64,000 nucleotides of DNA, taken from positions 263,063 to 327,062 of the forward strand of contig NMRA01000316.1 in NCBI GenBank assembly GCA_002633005.1, written 5' to 3'. The DNA is from Phoronis australis. Its lineage: Eukaryota > Animalia > Phoronida. Of the stretch, positions 12,101-24,300 are shown in pieces. The first letter of the stretch is position 1. Each line of letters starts with the position of its first letter. The position numbers were made by a program, and so were the translations under genes. The notes under the pieces were generated by a model. The model was not told where the DNA came from. It did not search any database and was given only the letters and a program-made list of their open reading frames with translations.

Positions 12101-15100
12101 TTTCTACAACATGCTGCCTGTTTCAAGTCAGCATCCGCATCTACCGTCATAGGTTCGATAATTTCCAAAACGTTAAAAATGGTGTTTTGGCCACACATCT
12201 TGCAGAAGCGACCTCTTGTGACAAGGTTAGTCGCCAAAACGCCTCATGGCTCCATTAATATTAGGTAATATTTTTGGTATTTAAATATGATTGCATATAT
12301 TCGTTGTGGATAAGGATGGCTATACGCACGCAGTATGCAGTCAACTTAGAAAGAAGGGACTACATGTCTGGACAGAACTGTTAGCGGCCAACACTTACAA
12401 ATAACTGTACTCAATAGACAGGCTAATCTTGTCATCGTCTGCGTAGATCACTCTCCTGTCGACACTCGCCTCGCCTCGGTCCTCGCAGTTCACCAAGTGC
12501 TTGTCGTCATCCGGGTGACTCTCGTAGAATTCGCGTCGTTTGTGCATCTCGTCTAGGGGCAAATTTACACGTTTGAGTAGACAGTTTGAAAGAGATGGAA
12601 AATTCGTTTAGAGGTGATATTAAATGTAGAATTCATTTCAAGAGATAAATGAGCAACCAATGAAACTAAAGTTATTTTGTTCATAAAATCTGCCCAAAAC
12701 ATTTTGTTTTAAGAAATGCAAATTTACTTAAAATTTACAATGTACAGCAGGCCAAACGAGAGATCTTGTTCACGACATTATGCATCCGCTTGTAACATAC
12801 ATGTATCACAGTGTGCGACATGCGCAATAACCTAAACACCGAATCAAACCATGAACAGCTTAAATGCGCATTCAAAGTTTATTTTTGACATAATGTTGTT
12901 CCAGGATGTTTTCAAAGCGTAATGCCTTTCACAAATATTGTCAAATTGAACGCCTACAGTGTATAAGCGACTAAACAAGACATACAAAAGGACTATTTTA
13001 AGAACAATCTTGTCTAAGCACGAAGTCTCCTATGTCACAAAGAATGTTTGTATAAAGGAAGACGGTTAGTTGAGGTTGAATCAATGGGATACATAAGTTA
13101 AAAACAACATAAGAACAGGAACTGAAATAGAATTCAACCAAAACACTGAATTACAATCGACGTTGAAACCGTGGTGAATAATAAATATTTCGCGAACTAC
13201 GACCCTGAACCAGGAGCATCTTTGTAAATACATGTGCGATAAGCGGCAGGTCTCGATAAGTTGCCATACAAAACGGTGTTTCAGCATACCTTTGAACAAA
13301 CCGGGTACCAGCTTGTAAACGAGATCTTGAAGCGTGTGATCCAGTCTAGAACGAAAAATCGTAGATTTAACATGCTGTAATTTCTATTCATCCACTAATT
13401 CCCTTGATTTTCTCAAACTATACTTCACAATTAACAATCGCGTTCGTGCATAAACAAATTAGTCTGGCAATCATCTTGAACTGAAGTCACCGTTGGTGTC
13501 GCAGCTCCAGTAAGAGTTGCACCTCTGGTTAACACGGGCAGGCTGCAGGGCTCGACCTGATAGCACTATAAGGTCGAGCCGTGTAGCCTGCCCAGTTTTT
13601 GAAAAGATATACACAAGACATCATTTCCTTTATATCAGTCACACACCGCACACTTACCCGCGATAGACACCTGGCATGCATTAAGGTTTTAGCGGTAACT
13701 TACCGCTGGCGCTTTGGGCCTTGGCTACGAAGTCGCGAGCCATAGCCACGGCGAGTTAACCTGGGCCGCAGGTGTACTCAGGCTGCGACAGACCGGTTAT
13801 GGATTTCCGCGACAAAGATGTCAGCTCGCTGACTAGGAGTCGCTAAGTTTCCACAAAAATTAAGTTTTGCTAGTAGGCTGATATGTAATCCCCAGTTTAC
13901 ATTAAATGAAATATCAAGTTAACGAAGTAAACGTTACATCATGTCAAGCAATGTCGCTGACATACATGTACAACTGAATTATACCTCTTTAAATAGAGCC
14001 ACTTTCCTCCGATCAACACGTCACAAAATAGCCCCTTTATGGCAATAGAAACAGCCATCAAACGTACGTTGTACCTACGTCATTCAACTCCATTTGCCCA
14101 GCTAGTTGTAGTAATACCTAATGATACACTTTCAAATCCGGTTTCGCAGCTCGTTTGGAATATAAACGTCAAATTTATGGCTCAGCACCTCCCCCACAGC
14201 TACGCACGGCTAAGACAACACACGTCAGCATGCAGTTTTAGGGGCTCAAAAGGGCAATTCTCTTATTCGAAAATTCTCGTTGTCCCAGCCTCCCCCCCCC
14301 CTCGACGATATCCTAGATCCCCTAGTGCAGATGAAGTAAAATACATATGCCAATATTATAACTACTAGCGCAAAAACGGGGCAAATCCCGTTGTAACGTC
14401 GTCAAAAACTAGGCGTTATTACTTCAACATCAGTATTGTTGTGGTGTTGTGTATATGCCCTTTCACCACATACTATATGCATGATGTAGGACGGACTCGT
14501 GTTTTGACTGCTGTTATCTTTAAGGTCACAATCCCTAACGTACTTTCGCCGTGAGATGAGTGGAAGTAAGCTTTAGAGAGGATTTGAAATGAAGCGGAAA
14601 AATGGACAAACACGATAGGCTGAGGTATAGAAATAATGATCTGTAATAGTTTCCTCTAGCAGTGATAACGTTCAGATAAACTAAGGAGGCCACCCGCTAC
14701 AGATGAAGTGCGTGCATGCGTGCGTTCTTGACTACGTTCCACAGGCGCATGCATTTCGCGAGTAACGCTACTGCGATCTCGCGCGCACTGATTATGCATG
14801 GCGAAGACTCGAGGAGTTTTGCGTCATCTTGTGTTTTCACTGGATTCTTGCACCTACGGTACTCAGCCCTGAGAACACTTTCGCCTACGTGCTTTTTTAT
14901 GTTCTCCGTCCGACTGGACTGAGCACGACCAAGTCCCATCCCAACTGCAAAATCTTTGCTACAAAAGACTTAAGGGGGCGGGAAGACAAATTATGAACCT
15001 GCTCAGCAATAATGTTGCTAACATTCGTACCCTCTCGTTTCCTTTATTTCACACTGCAGCGCACAACACACATTTCCGTACCTGACATTGAGCAGCGGCT

Positions 15101-17058
15101 TGGTCTTATGGACAAGAACTTCACATATTGGGCAATATTTGCAGGTCTTCAAATACTTGACGATGCACGTCTTGCAAACTGAAAAAAGAGTGCACGTATA
15201 CAGTACCCGTTTCAGAAGGAAGTGTACACGTCAGTATTTCATAGGCTACGCTTGATTCACTTCGTCCACCGAATCATCCGGCTGAGACATAAGATTGTTT
15301 TGTAAGCCAGAAGACGTGAACGAGGACCAACAAGTAGACCCAGCCGGTAGACACGGCGAACCCGGCATAGTCAATCGAGCGCACACATTATTTCTCATCA
15401 ACAGGTTTGTGATAAATCCCTTCACGACAAGAGGTGAATTTAATTGGAATATTCTGCAGGTGAGTGACTCCATAAGTCAATTTACAATACATAAACTTAG
15501 AAGATACGTTTGGTATTACGCTTTAGGTGCAGCATTCTGCTAGAGTCCAAAGCAAAACCGTCCATCTACGTAAGGCACAAGGGAAACACGTACAGTATAC
15601 ACCCCACATGCGCGATGAACATGCGATACGCGAACGCGTCAAAATTTGCCTCACTAGATGACAAAACTTTTCCATCGAAATTCGTCATCAATTCACACAT
15701 ACAAGAATTCGCCATAATATGCAATTAAAATGATTCGTCAATACAACCGACTGACGCCAGATCTATTGAAAAACATGTAGGTTATTTGCTGAAGCAATTT
15801 TCTAAAACCATTACAGCAAACTAATAATTAAACTTAAACCTATTTCAGCAAACAGATTATCGATTAGCTAGACAAAATTTTTATCCCACGCGCGTTGAAT
15901 CTGTCGAGGGAAATACAGCCATGAAATAAAGTTTTCCGTATTCAGCTCCCGCACTATTTTAACAGCGACCTCTGACATGGAAAGTTCAAAAGGTAGGACA
16001 ATGTAGACTCGACGTCTTCTTAGCCGGTTCGATCATCAAACTTTCCGAATATAGTTTAAAGTAACACAGTTGCAACAGTGTAACTAACACTCGACATGCA
16101 ACCAGTCCCTAAACCTAAAATCTGGAACAAAACTGTTAATTATAAGACACTTGTGTCTCAGTTTTCAATTGCTGAATAGTATCTCGTCTGCAACTCAGGC
16201 GCCGATTCGTAGGAAATTGAAATATCAAATATTGTTGTTTTTTAACTATTTCCAGGAGATGTTACGAGTTCACTGCTCAGTTGCCGTTGTTTTCATCTTT
16301 GCTACCTCGTTTCAAGAAATAAATCGTTACTTCTAAAACTGTTTCTTTTACAAGAGAAAACTTGAAACCTAACGCGCACGTACATACATATAGGATGTGA
16401 TCCGCCTTGTGAACAGTCTGGATGAAGTATTTGAAAAATCTGCCGAAAAAATGCCAGAAACTTAGGGATTCGAAGCGCATGGGATAAATACAAAACGTAC
16501 CTCAATTGGCGTACATGAAGTAATATCCCATTCCCACTCGACCTTATTCCGCGTATCGAGCTCGACCTTCGGTCTCGGTCGATACGCGGAATAATGTCTC
16601 GTGAGATATTACTTCATGTACGCCGCTCTCGGTACGTTTTGTGTATATCCTTGCACTAGCTCGCGAGCAATGGGCGTCCGCTCTTGGATGCAAAGTAAGA
16701 TCTCAACGGGCCAGCCGATGTGTCAAATCCAGGGTAAATAATTAACAATTTCCTGAAAAGGGCCAAGAATTTGGAGCCAAGGAAGTTCTGTACAAACGGT
16801 CCACAGACAATAATCCGTCGGAAACTTGATTTTGTTTCAGCAACCAAGGCTGTAAAAGTTGAAGCTTGTTTTTCAAAGGTGGGCACAGGAGTTGCGCTTT
16901 CCAGAGTTTCCAAAACCAATGCTACTTCACATGACTTCCTACTTACAAGAATGCAGACACTCCTTGATGGTGGCGGCGTCGATGAAATACCCGCCACATA
17001 GTATACACATCAAATGCGGGTTCAGCTCCGTGATCTTCAGGCGGGTAGTCCCGTGCAT
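5642..17058 (-). CDS. BMI1: Polycomb group RING finger protein BMI1/PCGF2-4 ortholog (Psc family), whole gene: join(complement 16947..17058,15082..15178,13290..13345,12399..12552,11757..11832,10080..10178,9098..9178,5642..6172), about 401 aa
   Basis: Manual translation gives [47 protein letters not shown]...YCPICEV (C3HC4 RING), [28 protein letters not shown], and RAWUL domain [23 protein letters not shown]...[22 protein letters not shown]. All introns are GT-AG with matching phases. Confidence 0.95.
6510..7972 (+). mobile_element. Non-autonomous P-superfamily-like DNA transposon with THAP zinc-finger remnant, in the last BMI1 intron
   Basis: Perfect 14-bp TIR caaggagtgtagaa / ttctacactccttg; subterminal IR 6565-6592 vs 7874-7900; 7-bp flanks attaaat/atcaaat. 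6628-6716 reads [30 protein letters not shown] then donor gtaagg. A degenerate continuation (RADL...LWDVPN) lies near 7210-7310. Confidence 0.75.
8494..8613. repeat. Tandem repeat, 3 copies of a 39-bp unit
   Basis: caagctg(t/c)aattgtc(g/a)acaa....ttgataaaggcgata at 8494, 8533 and 8575. Confidence 0.85.
9098..9178 (-). CDS. BMI1: BMI1 coding exon 7 (RAWUL)
   Basis: [27 protein letters not shown]; acceptor ttttccag, donor gttggt; 81 nt. Confidence 0.94.
9840..10035 (+). repeat. Diverged interspersed repeat family (other copies at about 17560-17780 on the minus strand and about 39440-39610); full extents uncertain
   Basis: Shared core gtcacgtgacccaattaatgg ... aattctac ... gttaa(a/g)atct ... 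tatttggct in three places. Confidence 0.6.
10080..10178 (-). CDS. BMI1: BMI1 coding exon 6 (RAWUL)
   Basis: [33 protein letters not shown]; acceptor atttgcag, donor gtagac; 99 nt. Confidence 0.94.
10448..10681. mobile_element. hAT-type MITE, ggcggat family
   Basis: agtggcagatct ... agatccgcctctg termini with G/C runs; internal gagcgaatccgaagcgcgtagcgccgag segment. Confidence 0.6.
11757..11832 (-). CDS. BMI1: BMI1 coding exon 5 (variable linker in RAWUL)
   Basis: (F)[25 protein letters not shown]; acceptor ttgttctttacag, donor gtaaag; 76 nt, which converts phase 2 to phase 0 as required. Confidence 0.85.
12399..12552 (-). CDS. BMI1: BMI1 coding exon 4
   Basis: [51 protein letters not shown]; acceptor cccctag, donor gtaagt; 154 nt. 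Confidence 0.93.
13290..13345 (-). CDS. BMI1: BMI1 coding exon 3
   Basis: [18 protein letters not shown]; acceptor ttcgttctag, donor gtatgc; 56 nt. Confidence 0.93.
13536..13594. repeat. Short palindromic (hairpin) element
   Basis: gggcaggctgcagggctcgacct - gatagcactata - aggtcgagccgtgtagcctgccc. Confidence 0.75.
15082..15178 (-). CDS. BMI1: BMI1 coding exon 2 (rest of RING)
   Basis: (F)[31 protein letters not shown](R); acceptor ttttttcag, donor gtacgg; 97 nt. Confidence 0.95.
16482..16650. mobile_element. About 170-bp near-perfect palindromic non-autonomous element
   Basis: The arm caaaacgtacc..ggcgtacatgaagtaatatc..ttattccgcgtatcga pairs with tcgatacgcggaataa..gatattacttcatgtacgcc..ggtacgttttg; apex gacc-ttc-ggtc. 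Confidence 0.75.
16947..17058 (-). CDS. BMI1: BMI1 coding exon 1 (start of RING)
   Basis: ATG at 17058 follows the acceptor tgttctag|G, implying an upstream 5'UTR exon. Encodes [37 protein letters not shown]; donor gtaagt; 112 nt. Confidence 0.95.
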
Positions 17059-18796
17059 CCTAGAACAACATGGTACATCGTGAATACACCGACTGCAGTT
17101 GCAGCACCGAGGTATTTCCCGGTGTGCAAATATGGGTGCATCCATTTTTGTGACCAGGAAATCAAAAAGTACATAGAAATGAAAGCAGCGTTGGTATCTT
17201 TGGTAGACGAGGCTCTGTGTCAACGTTTGTACTGGCTTGATTAATTAGACAAGATCGGACACGTGTGTTTCTTCTGATTTGAATTTTTAGTTAAGTCAAA
17301 TGCTGGCGTCTGTTTTGACAAGCGCTCAACTGGACAACTAGACATAAGTATTCTTAAAGTCAAAATGTTATCACAAATACGTGCGTGGAACAATAGTCAA
17401 GAGGGAGAGGGGGGACGAATCATGAAGTCCAGTTATCGAGGAAAAATTCTTAGTAAATGTACTGCGTCATATCGAAAGAAAGGCCTCTTCAAAACGACCG
17501 TGGGCAAAATAACATACTTTGACGAGATAACTTCAGGTTACATGTATATGTAGGACCTGTGTACAGCATGTAGCGAAATATCTATAAACTGTAGATTTTT
17601 AACTCACTATAAGTACATCGTTCCTTAAAGTAAAAAGCTTACAGAATTAGATTTTTGACTTTCTTTACCAATTTGCCATTAATTGGGTTACGTAACCAAG
17701 TCTTAGGTTTTTATTAAAGTTTAACAAAACAGAAAGGCACATTGATAGCAAAGCAACAGTATCAATAATATGACAAATTCCGTTTGATTAAAATGTTCGA
17801 GATGAAATATGACAAGCGATGTTGCAGTTTTCTAAATTGTCATTTCATTTTTGTATTATGCGGCTTTTATCTTTTTTGTGAAAATCGCAAAAGTCCTACT
17901 TTCGGTAGCCACTCATGCAAGAGTGGAACATTTTTAAAACAATCAGCCAATTCTGAGACATGACGTTCCGAAGACAAATTTGAATACTTTTTTAGGGTCC
18001 TACATAACCTTCTCCACCCGAAACAAGTTAAGTATAGGTTTAGTTGATGCATTAATAATTATCCAGACATAATTTTGCGATGGACGGGATTCTGTCATTT
18101 GAAAAATTCAAGCGAAACGTGATAGCCTCTCGACCAAAGGTAGCAATATTTTGAGTATTAGACCATATTAACTAATAGTCGACAAACCGTCGGTCTCGAA
18201 GACAACTCATGTATTATTATGAGCTCCTCTTTAACTAATGAAGTTTTCTAATAATATTACTAAAAACTGAGCCCTAAATTCGATGAAAATAAATAAGGAC
18301 TTGGTCCTTAAGTTAGGGGCATTGCATGAAATGATCCCTATTTATTGTCGATAATATTGAGAATTCAGCGTCAAGTTCACTCTTGATTTGAACCAAAACC
18401 AAAAATTGACTTAGTAATGAAACTAAAACAGTATAAGAAAGGGCAATCGGCGTTTTCACAAGTCCACAAACACGCAGTAGATTTAGGGAAAATAGTTGCG
18501 TCCCTATTTGCAACCAGACACAGCACTAACGCCGAATTAGTGAAGTTTCTGCAAGCAGTGTGAACATATGCTTCGCTCCAACAAAATGAAATTATTATTA
18601 ATTGTAGACAACGAGCAAATAAGTAGACACACTTGGGTTAATGGCCGAGACATACCTTAAGTTTTATCTGGAGTTGGAATGCAAGCTGAGATTGTTATGA
18701 CTAACCTACGTTGGAGAATGCCATCCCGCGCCAACGCTGTACTCTGATACAATAACGTGGCGAAGTGAGAGACGGTGCAACTCTTCCAAATACATG

Positions 18797-19077
18797 CATA
18801 GGCGGATTTAGGGGGGGCCCAGGGCCCCCCCCCCCCCCTTGGCTGCCGCAAACAATTAAAACAGTAAGAGTGTAGGGAAATGGTGAGTTTATTAATTAAC
18901 CCCAGTAATTAAAATTATACGGATGAAAAAAGATTTAAATGTGTGCAGTTTTAGTGTTGGGGGGGCTCAAATCCAATTTCAAGTGTCAAATTCGGAACAC
19001 GGCGCGTTCGTAACGGAACTATGGCTAAGTATAGAATCTCCCGCGATATCCTAGGCGACCGGCAGCGGCGCTGTGCA
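18797..19077 (+). mobile_element. 5' end of a hAT-type MITE (ggcggat family) running into the assembly gap
   Basis: cataggcggatttaggggggg... terminus matches the other family members; the sequence then breaks at the Ns. Confidence 0.5.
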
Positions 19078-19555
19078 NNNNNNNNNNNNNNNNNNNNNNN
19101 NNNNNNNNNNNNNNNNNNNNNNNNNNNNNNNNNNNNNNNNNNNNNNNNNNNNNNNNNNNNNNNNNNNNNNNNNNNNNNNNNNNNNNNNNNNNNNNNNNNN
19201 NNNNNNNNNNNNNNNNNNNNNNNNNNNNNNNNNNNNNNNNNNNNNNNNNNNNNNNNNNNNNNNNNNNNNNNNNNNNNNNNNNNNNNNNNNNNNNNNNNNN
19301 NNNNNNNNNNNNNNNNNNNNNNNNNNNNNNNNNNNNNNNNNNNNNNNNNNNNNNNNNNNNNNNNNNNNNNNNNNNNNNNNNNNNNNNNNNNNNNNNNNNN
19401 NNNNNNNNNNNNNNNNNNNNNNNNNNNNNNNNNNNNNNNNNNNNNNNNNNNNNNNNNNNNNNNNNNNNNNNNNNNNNNNNNNNNNNNNNNNNNNNNNNNN
19501 NNNNNNNNNNNNNNNNNNNNNNNNNNNNNNNNNNNNNNNNNNNNNNNNNNNNNNN
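19078..19555. other. Assembly gap
   Basis: Run of N. Confidence 0.99.
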
Positions 19556-21324
19556 ATACTCAAGGATTTTTACGTTTCAATACATTTTATTAAAGATGTA
19601 TACCAAGCCTTTAAAATCATGACTTCCCTTTGCAGATAGTAAGCAATATAGATAGGAATGAGAGTGATAATCATCAATTTGTATTTGACAGCTATTAGTT
19701 GTCAGGAAGACCTGTTTTTATGCGTTAAATAGAATACTAGTTCAAAACCAATAAGTAAATGTGACTCTCAGACTGTCAAATGCGAAAGTTTAAAACATTA
19801 GTAATCACTGTTACAAAAACACATTTCAATTGTTTTTTTAAAATTAGAACTCATCCTACGCCTATGCAAAATTATTCTCTGGACCATGCCCATGATGGTT
19901 CTGATGCATGCCCATGTAAGTAATAAGGGTGATGTTTTAAAAGTATTAGTAAGAGGCCTTCAGCATCTTCTTATAACAAAGTGTGAAGCATGGTTTAGTA
20001 GATAGTATCCACTTTTGGCATTCATGTTTTGATTCAAATCACCCGCGCTGTCTTCCAGTGTGAAAACGAGACATTTTAAATAAACTGATTTAGGATTATG
20101 ATTTAAGAATATGTAAAACTAACTTATGAGATGTTGGTTTCTATTTAGTGATTTAGCATGATTAAGTTTTCATTCAGCTCTTTAACTCATGCCTTCTTTT
20201 CAAATTTTAAGAGAGGTTTTAAATAATGTCACATCACAGATCTGGCAAGTACAATTATTAATTTCTTGATCCACGATGGTATTTGTGAGATTCGGAGAAT
20301 ATTCTGGCATATATTTATTCTTTTCCCAGTTGCACCTGTTCCTGCCGTGTTCTCCAACAATTTCCTCTATTGTTTCTAAATGCCGGTTTAATATCCTCGA
20401 AGGTCAGCAGAAAAAAATAGTCTAATTTTCAAAAAGATTGGGGGATGAAAAATATGTAAGATGAGACAATGTAATCATTTGCTATGAAATAATATCATGC
20501 AAGCCACCCAATGACCAAATACACTGAAAAACACAAAAAGAGTGACTACAGTCAGTGAAGGTGTGACAAAATTGCTTAATAAAGTAGGTGACAGGTTCCT
20601 ACCCTTACAAATGCCCAGTATCTGCTTTTTCAACACAAAACACGTGATTGGAGAAATAAAACGTTAGATTCCAGCGCATTACCAACTTGACATGTATTCC
20701 TTTAGGTCTCTTGTTATTTATACTCTAGAGCACTGCATCATGAATTTCCCAACAAGCAGGGGTACCAAGAGAAAAACAATAAGTTCATTAAATTAACATT
20801 TTGTTTCATTTACATTTGATAATGTGGTCCAACTGTCTGATTTTAATAAGTTGAATTCTACCAAGAATAACTAGATGACATTGTAAACTATAACTTTTCT
20901 GCAAATACTTTTGAAATTGAAGAAGTCCAATGCATTTAATTTAAATATGTAGCAACTGCATAATTTTAAAGCTGCCTTTGTGATATTTTATCATTTCAAG
21001 GTTCTTAGGTGTGAGATACATTTCATCTTCTGAAAGTTTAGAAAGTAAAAATATGATCTAAGGTTATTTTTATTGGTGAAGTGACCCCCAAAAATGGGTC
21101 CATGTAGGCAAAAAATTGAAAATTATAGGACAATCAAATATGTGTCCTGAGGGCCCTCTTGGAAAGCAGTGCTATCACTGAACAGGCCACCCTCATTTTA
21201 AATATCAGAATAATAAATAAATAAATAAAACTAGAGAGAATGGTCTTTCAGATGAGATCAGAAATGTTACAGTAGCCACAGTTTTAATTTATGGTCTCTA
21301 GGTTGACCTTTTCATGGAATTGCC
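19556..21324. mobile_element. Probable decayed DNA-transposon fragment, right end at 21324
   Basis: CpG-poor AT-rich block ending in the TIR-like ggttgaccttttcatggaattgcc. The left end is lost in the gap; family not assignable. Confidence 0.35.
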
Positions 21325-24300
21325 ATATAATTAAAGTAATTCTCAACTTCTGCCAAGAAAAAGAAAATTTAAAACCGTTTAAACTCGACTTTATGTTATT
21401 ATTGCTGTTATACCAACAAATAAGTGCATAAACCAGTAGGATGTCTTGTAGCTACATCTCAACGAGGGCAGAGCCTATTTTGAACACTATGTCCAGGTAG
21501 TGGATGGCCCAAGAATGTTTTAATTTCAAGAGGAGCCATCAAATTTAAGATTTAAGAATCCCTGTAGGATTTTTGATCCAGCCGCAATTGTGACATCCAG
21601 ATTTTCAAATGCAAAGCGTATACACATAAAAGGCATGTATCATGTAACACTGAACTAGTTCGAAAAGCTCACGCTTATTTTTTGATGCACAAACCCATAT
21701 TTTACACACAACACAAAACCGTCAAAATTAGGCTTTGCTGACATGAAAATTAAGTCCACCTTTTGGCTATGCATGACACAATTTTGTGCGCCCGAAGAAG
21801 TCACCAAGAGCAGACAGAATTTTGTAACGCGCAACTTTGGGAACATACCATTAAAAACAAATCTATAAGCGAGGCGAACATTAAACAAGACAGACCGAGA
21901 CCAGACTGTTCTTGTGTGGAAAAGCAGTTGAAGTTTTGGCCAACCTGCCGTCGTCGGCATCGAATTAGCAGCTATGTTCGACGTGGGAACATCAGCGCAG
22001 TTAATTTCACGGCCACTTATTCGTCGACACCTTGCGTGAACAATGAGCGCCAAATGCAAGACAAATCACGTGACATGGCGCTGCGGGAGATTTTCCAACA
22101 CACAACAATTGTCATTTACGCTACAACCAGAGACCTTAGCGTCTTTGCTACAACTAAGTGCAGTGAGTCGTGTCATATCTAGGCTCAGTGCCGTATAATA
22201 AACCCTAGAATCTCGCAAGGAAAGCTACGTTTTTCGCGTGTTATGCGTGACTATATCTCGCGAGGTCTTGTGTGATCCTGCATTTCCGTACCTACGGAAA
22301 GCACGACAGGTTGAAATGCGTTCGTATCTAGGGTCCTCGTTCCCTCAATTTAGTCACTGAAGAATATCGGCCCGTTTGTCTTTGGAAAGTATTTAAATAT
22401 CATGCGAATTCCCCTCGCCAGGCCCAAAAATTCCCTTCGAGATTCGAATCACTTGTAATTCATACAGGCAACGTTTGAAGCAGCTCAAGGCGTTTGTTTT
22501 GGCTACATGAGGCTGAGTCGATGAGGGTGGCGACAGGAGTAGGGGTGCTAATGGTGGTGACTGCGGGAAAAGAGTTTCCCCTCGCTCGAAAAATTCCCGC
22601 AGCAAGCGCACGCCTTTCCTTTCAGGTAAACGAGAGTCCTGGTATCTGTTAAATGCCATCAGCATCACTGTTGTTCAAAAGGTAGAGGTGTTAATTATTT
22701 CTTAATGTGTACAAAATTAGTCGAGAAACTTGCCTTTAATCGACTAAGCACGTTGCCCCTACATATACATGAGCGTGAGAAAACATGGCGAGATAGCGAA
22801 ACATAAACACGTTTGTTTGCTGTGGGTGACTTCAGCTTTTGTAGAAGTCAACTTTCACCAATGCCGTGCACATGGAAACCGTACATCTACTGGCATATTC
22901 GGATCAAGTCTGAGGGAGCACTGTGGATTTGAAAAAATAAGCTCTACTGCAAGTTTCTTTTTCTAATTTGACACCCNCCCTCCGATTCACGTCAGAAAAC
23001 TGTTATCATGCCGTATATTTGAACATCGTAGATTTGTAGCAAAGATGACTCCAAAGAAAGTTTGTAAGGCCAACTGGGGAGGCAGTAGAGTATCTTTAAA
23101 TTCCCTCACAAGTTTCCGTACCCAGGGGCATGTCCTTGCCCGGTCAGTCAGATTTTCAAGAGCACAAATGACGCTTGGAGCCGTAAATACCGTCCACGAA
23201 GGGAGTCGAAATGCACTAGACTTCCCTGATTAACACTGACACTCGTTCAGGTAGCTCAAAGACTGAGATATCGCTGCGATGCCGCATTAGGCTTTAGTAG
23301 CCCACAACTCTAGAAGTTGAAGCCCGCGATTTTAACGATAAAATTTGACGATGGTGCTTTTAAACGGTTCAGTCAGATATAGCGTTGAGGGCAGTCGGAA
23401 TCTCAACATTTTCTGGAACTTTACTGCATACGAATTAAATATTCAAACAAAAATTAACCATTAAGACGGAGGTCTCTCCTGCACAGTTGCGGATGACAGT
23501 TTCACGTCGTTCACCCAATTTTAACTTTACTCTAAATGAGAATCACTGTCACTGCGCAGTCTTTTATAAAAATGATATATCTAACAAACGAATCTTGAAT
23601 TTTTGGCTATACAATATAAAAGGAAAAATTCAAATCGCTTAATGATGAGACGCACAGAAATACCATCATTCGCAGGTTTTCCAAGACCTTTATCCCAATC
23701 AAAAACAAATACCGCGAGTAGGTTTCTCAAATGCTGTATATTGTTCGTTTTCGGAGAAATCCCTAAAGCTTATTCTCCTGTGAATTACAAAAAAAAACGC
23801 GGGGCAACAACACATGTCGTCGACTACTACACTGGAAGAACTACCGCTTTCGAAAGTTGAAAGAATACGTGATTAATCTCAATTTAACAAGAACAGCAGG
23901 AATTCTAGCAAAATACGAATAAAGTTTACGATTTTAAAATCCGTTACCGGCCATAAAATTGTGCAATATTGTATAAAATACGTTTAGACGAACATCGACA
24001 TAAATTTCTAATCAAAAATCAACGTTTCACGCTTTGTTCTTTCCCAAAATGTGAGTCGGACTGCAGAAGGTGAAACTCAACGTCATACAGTGTATGGACA
24101 TGCGCATTTTATTTCATGTATATAATTTTTGCACGCATAATCTGTGCAACCTTGACGTGCACCTTGTCGTGAAGTCGAACACATACTTCGAGAACGAGCA
24201 ATTGGCTTTCACCTATTTCTATATATCTACGTCCGTCTTTTTATATTTTATGCACTTCCACTCAAAACAAAATTGTCAATTTCAATTTGTTTTAATCACG

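Noticed and set aside
14697-14944. 80-aa ORF with an upstream acceptor-like ttttgcag in BMI1 intron 2
   Set aside because: It is not needed for the BMI1 frame, splicing into it gives an early stop, and it has no recognisable homology. It cannot be supported without transcripts.
19021-19639. Three long ORFs of 170-190 aa
   Set aside because: They consist almost entirely of X from the N gap.
21655-22182. Overlapping ORFs of 134 and 139 aa
   Set aside because: No domain, no splice-compatible partners and non-ATG starts; likely chance ORFs.
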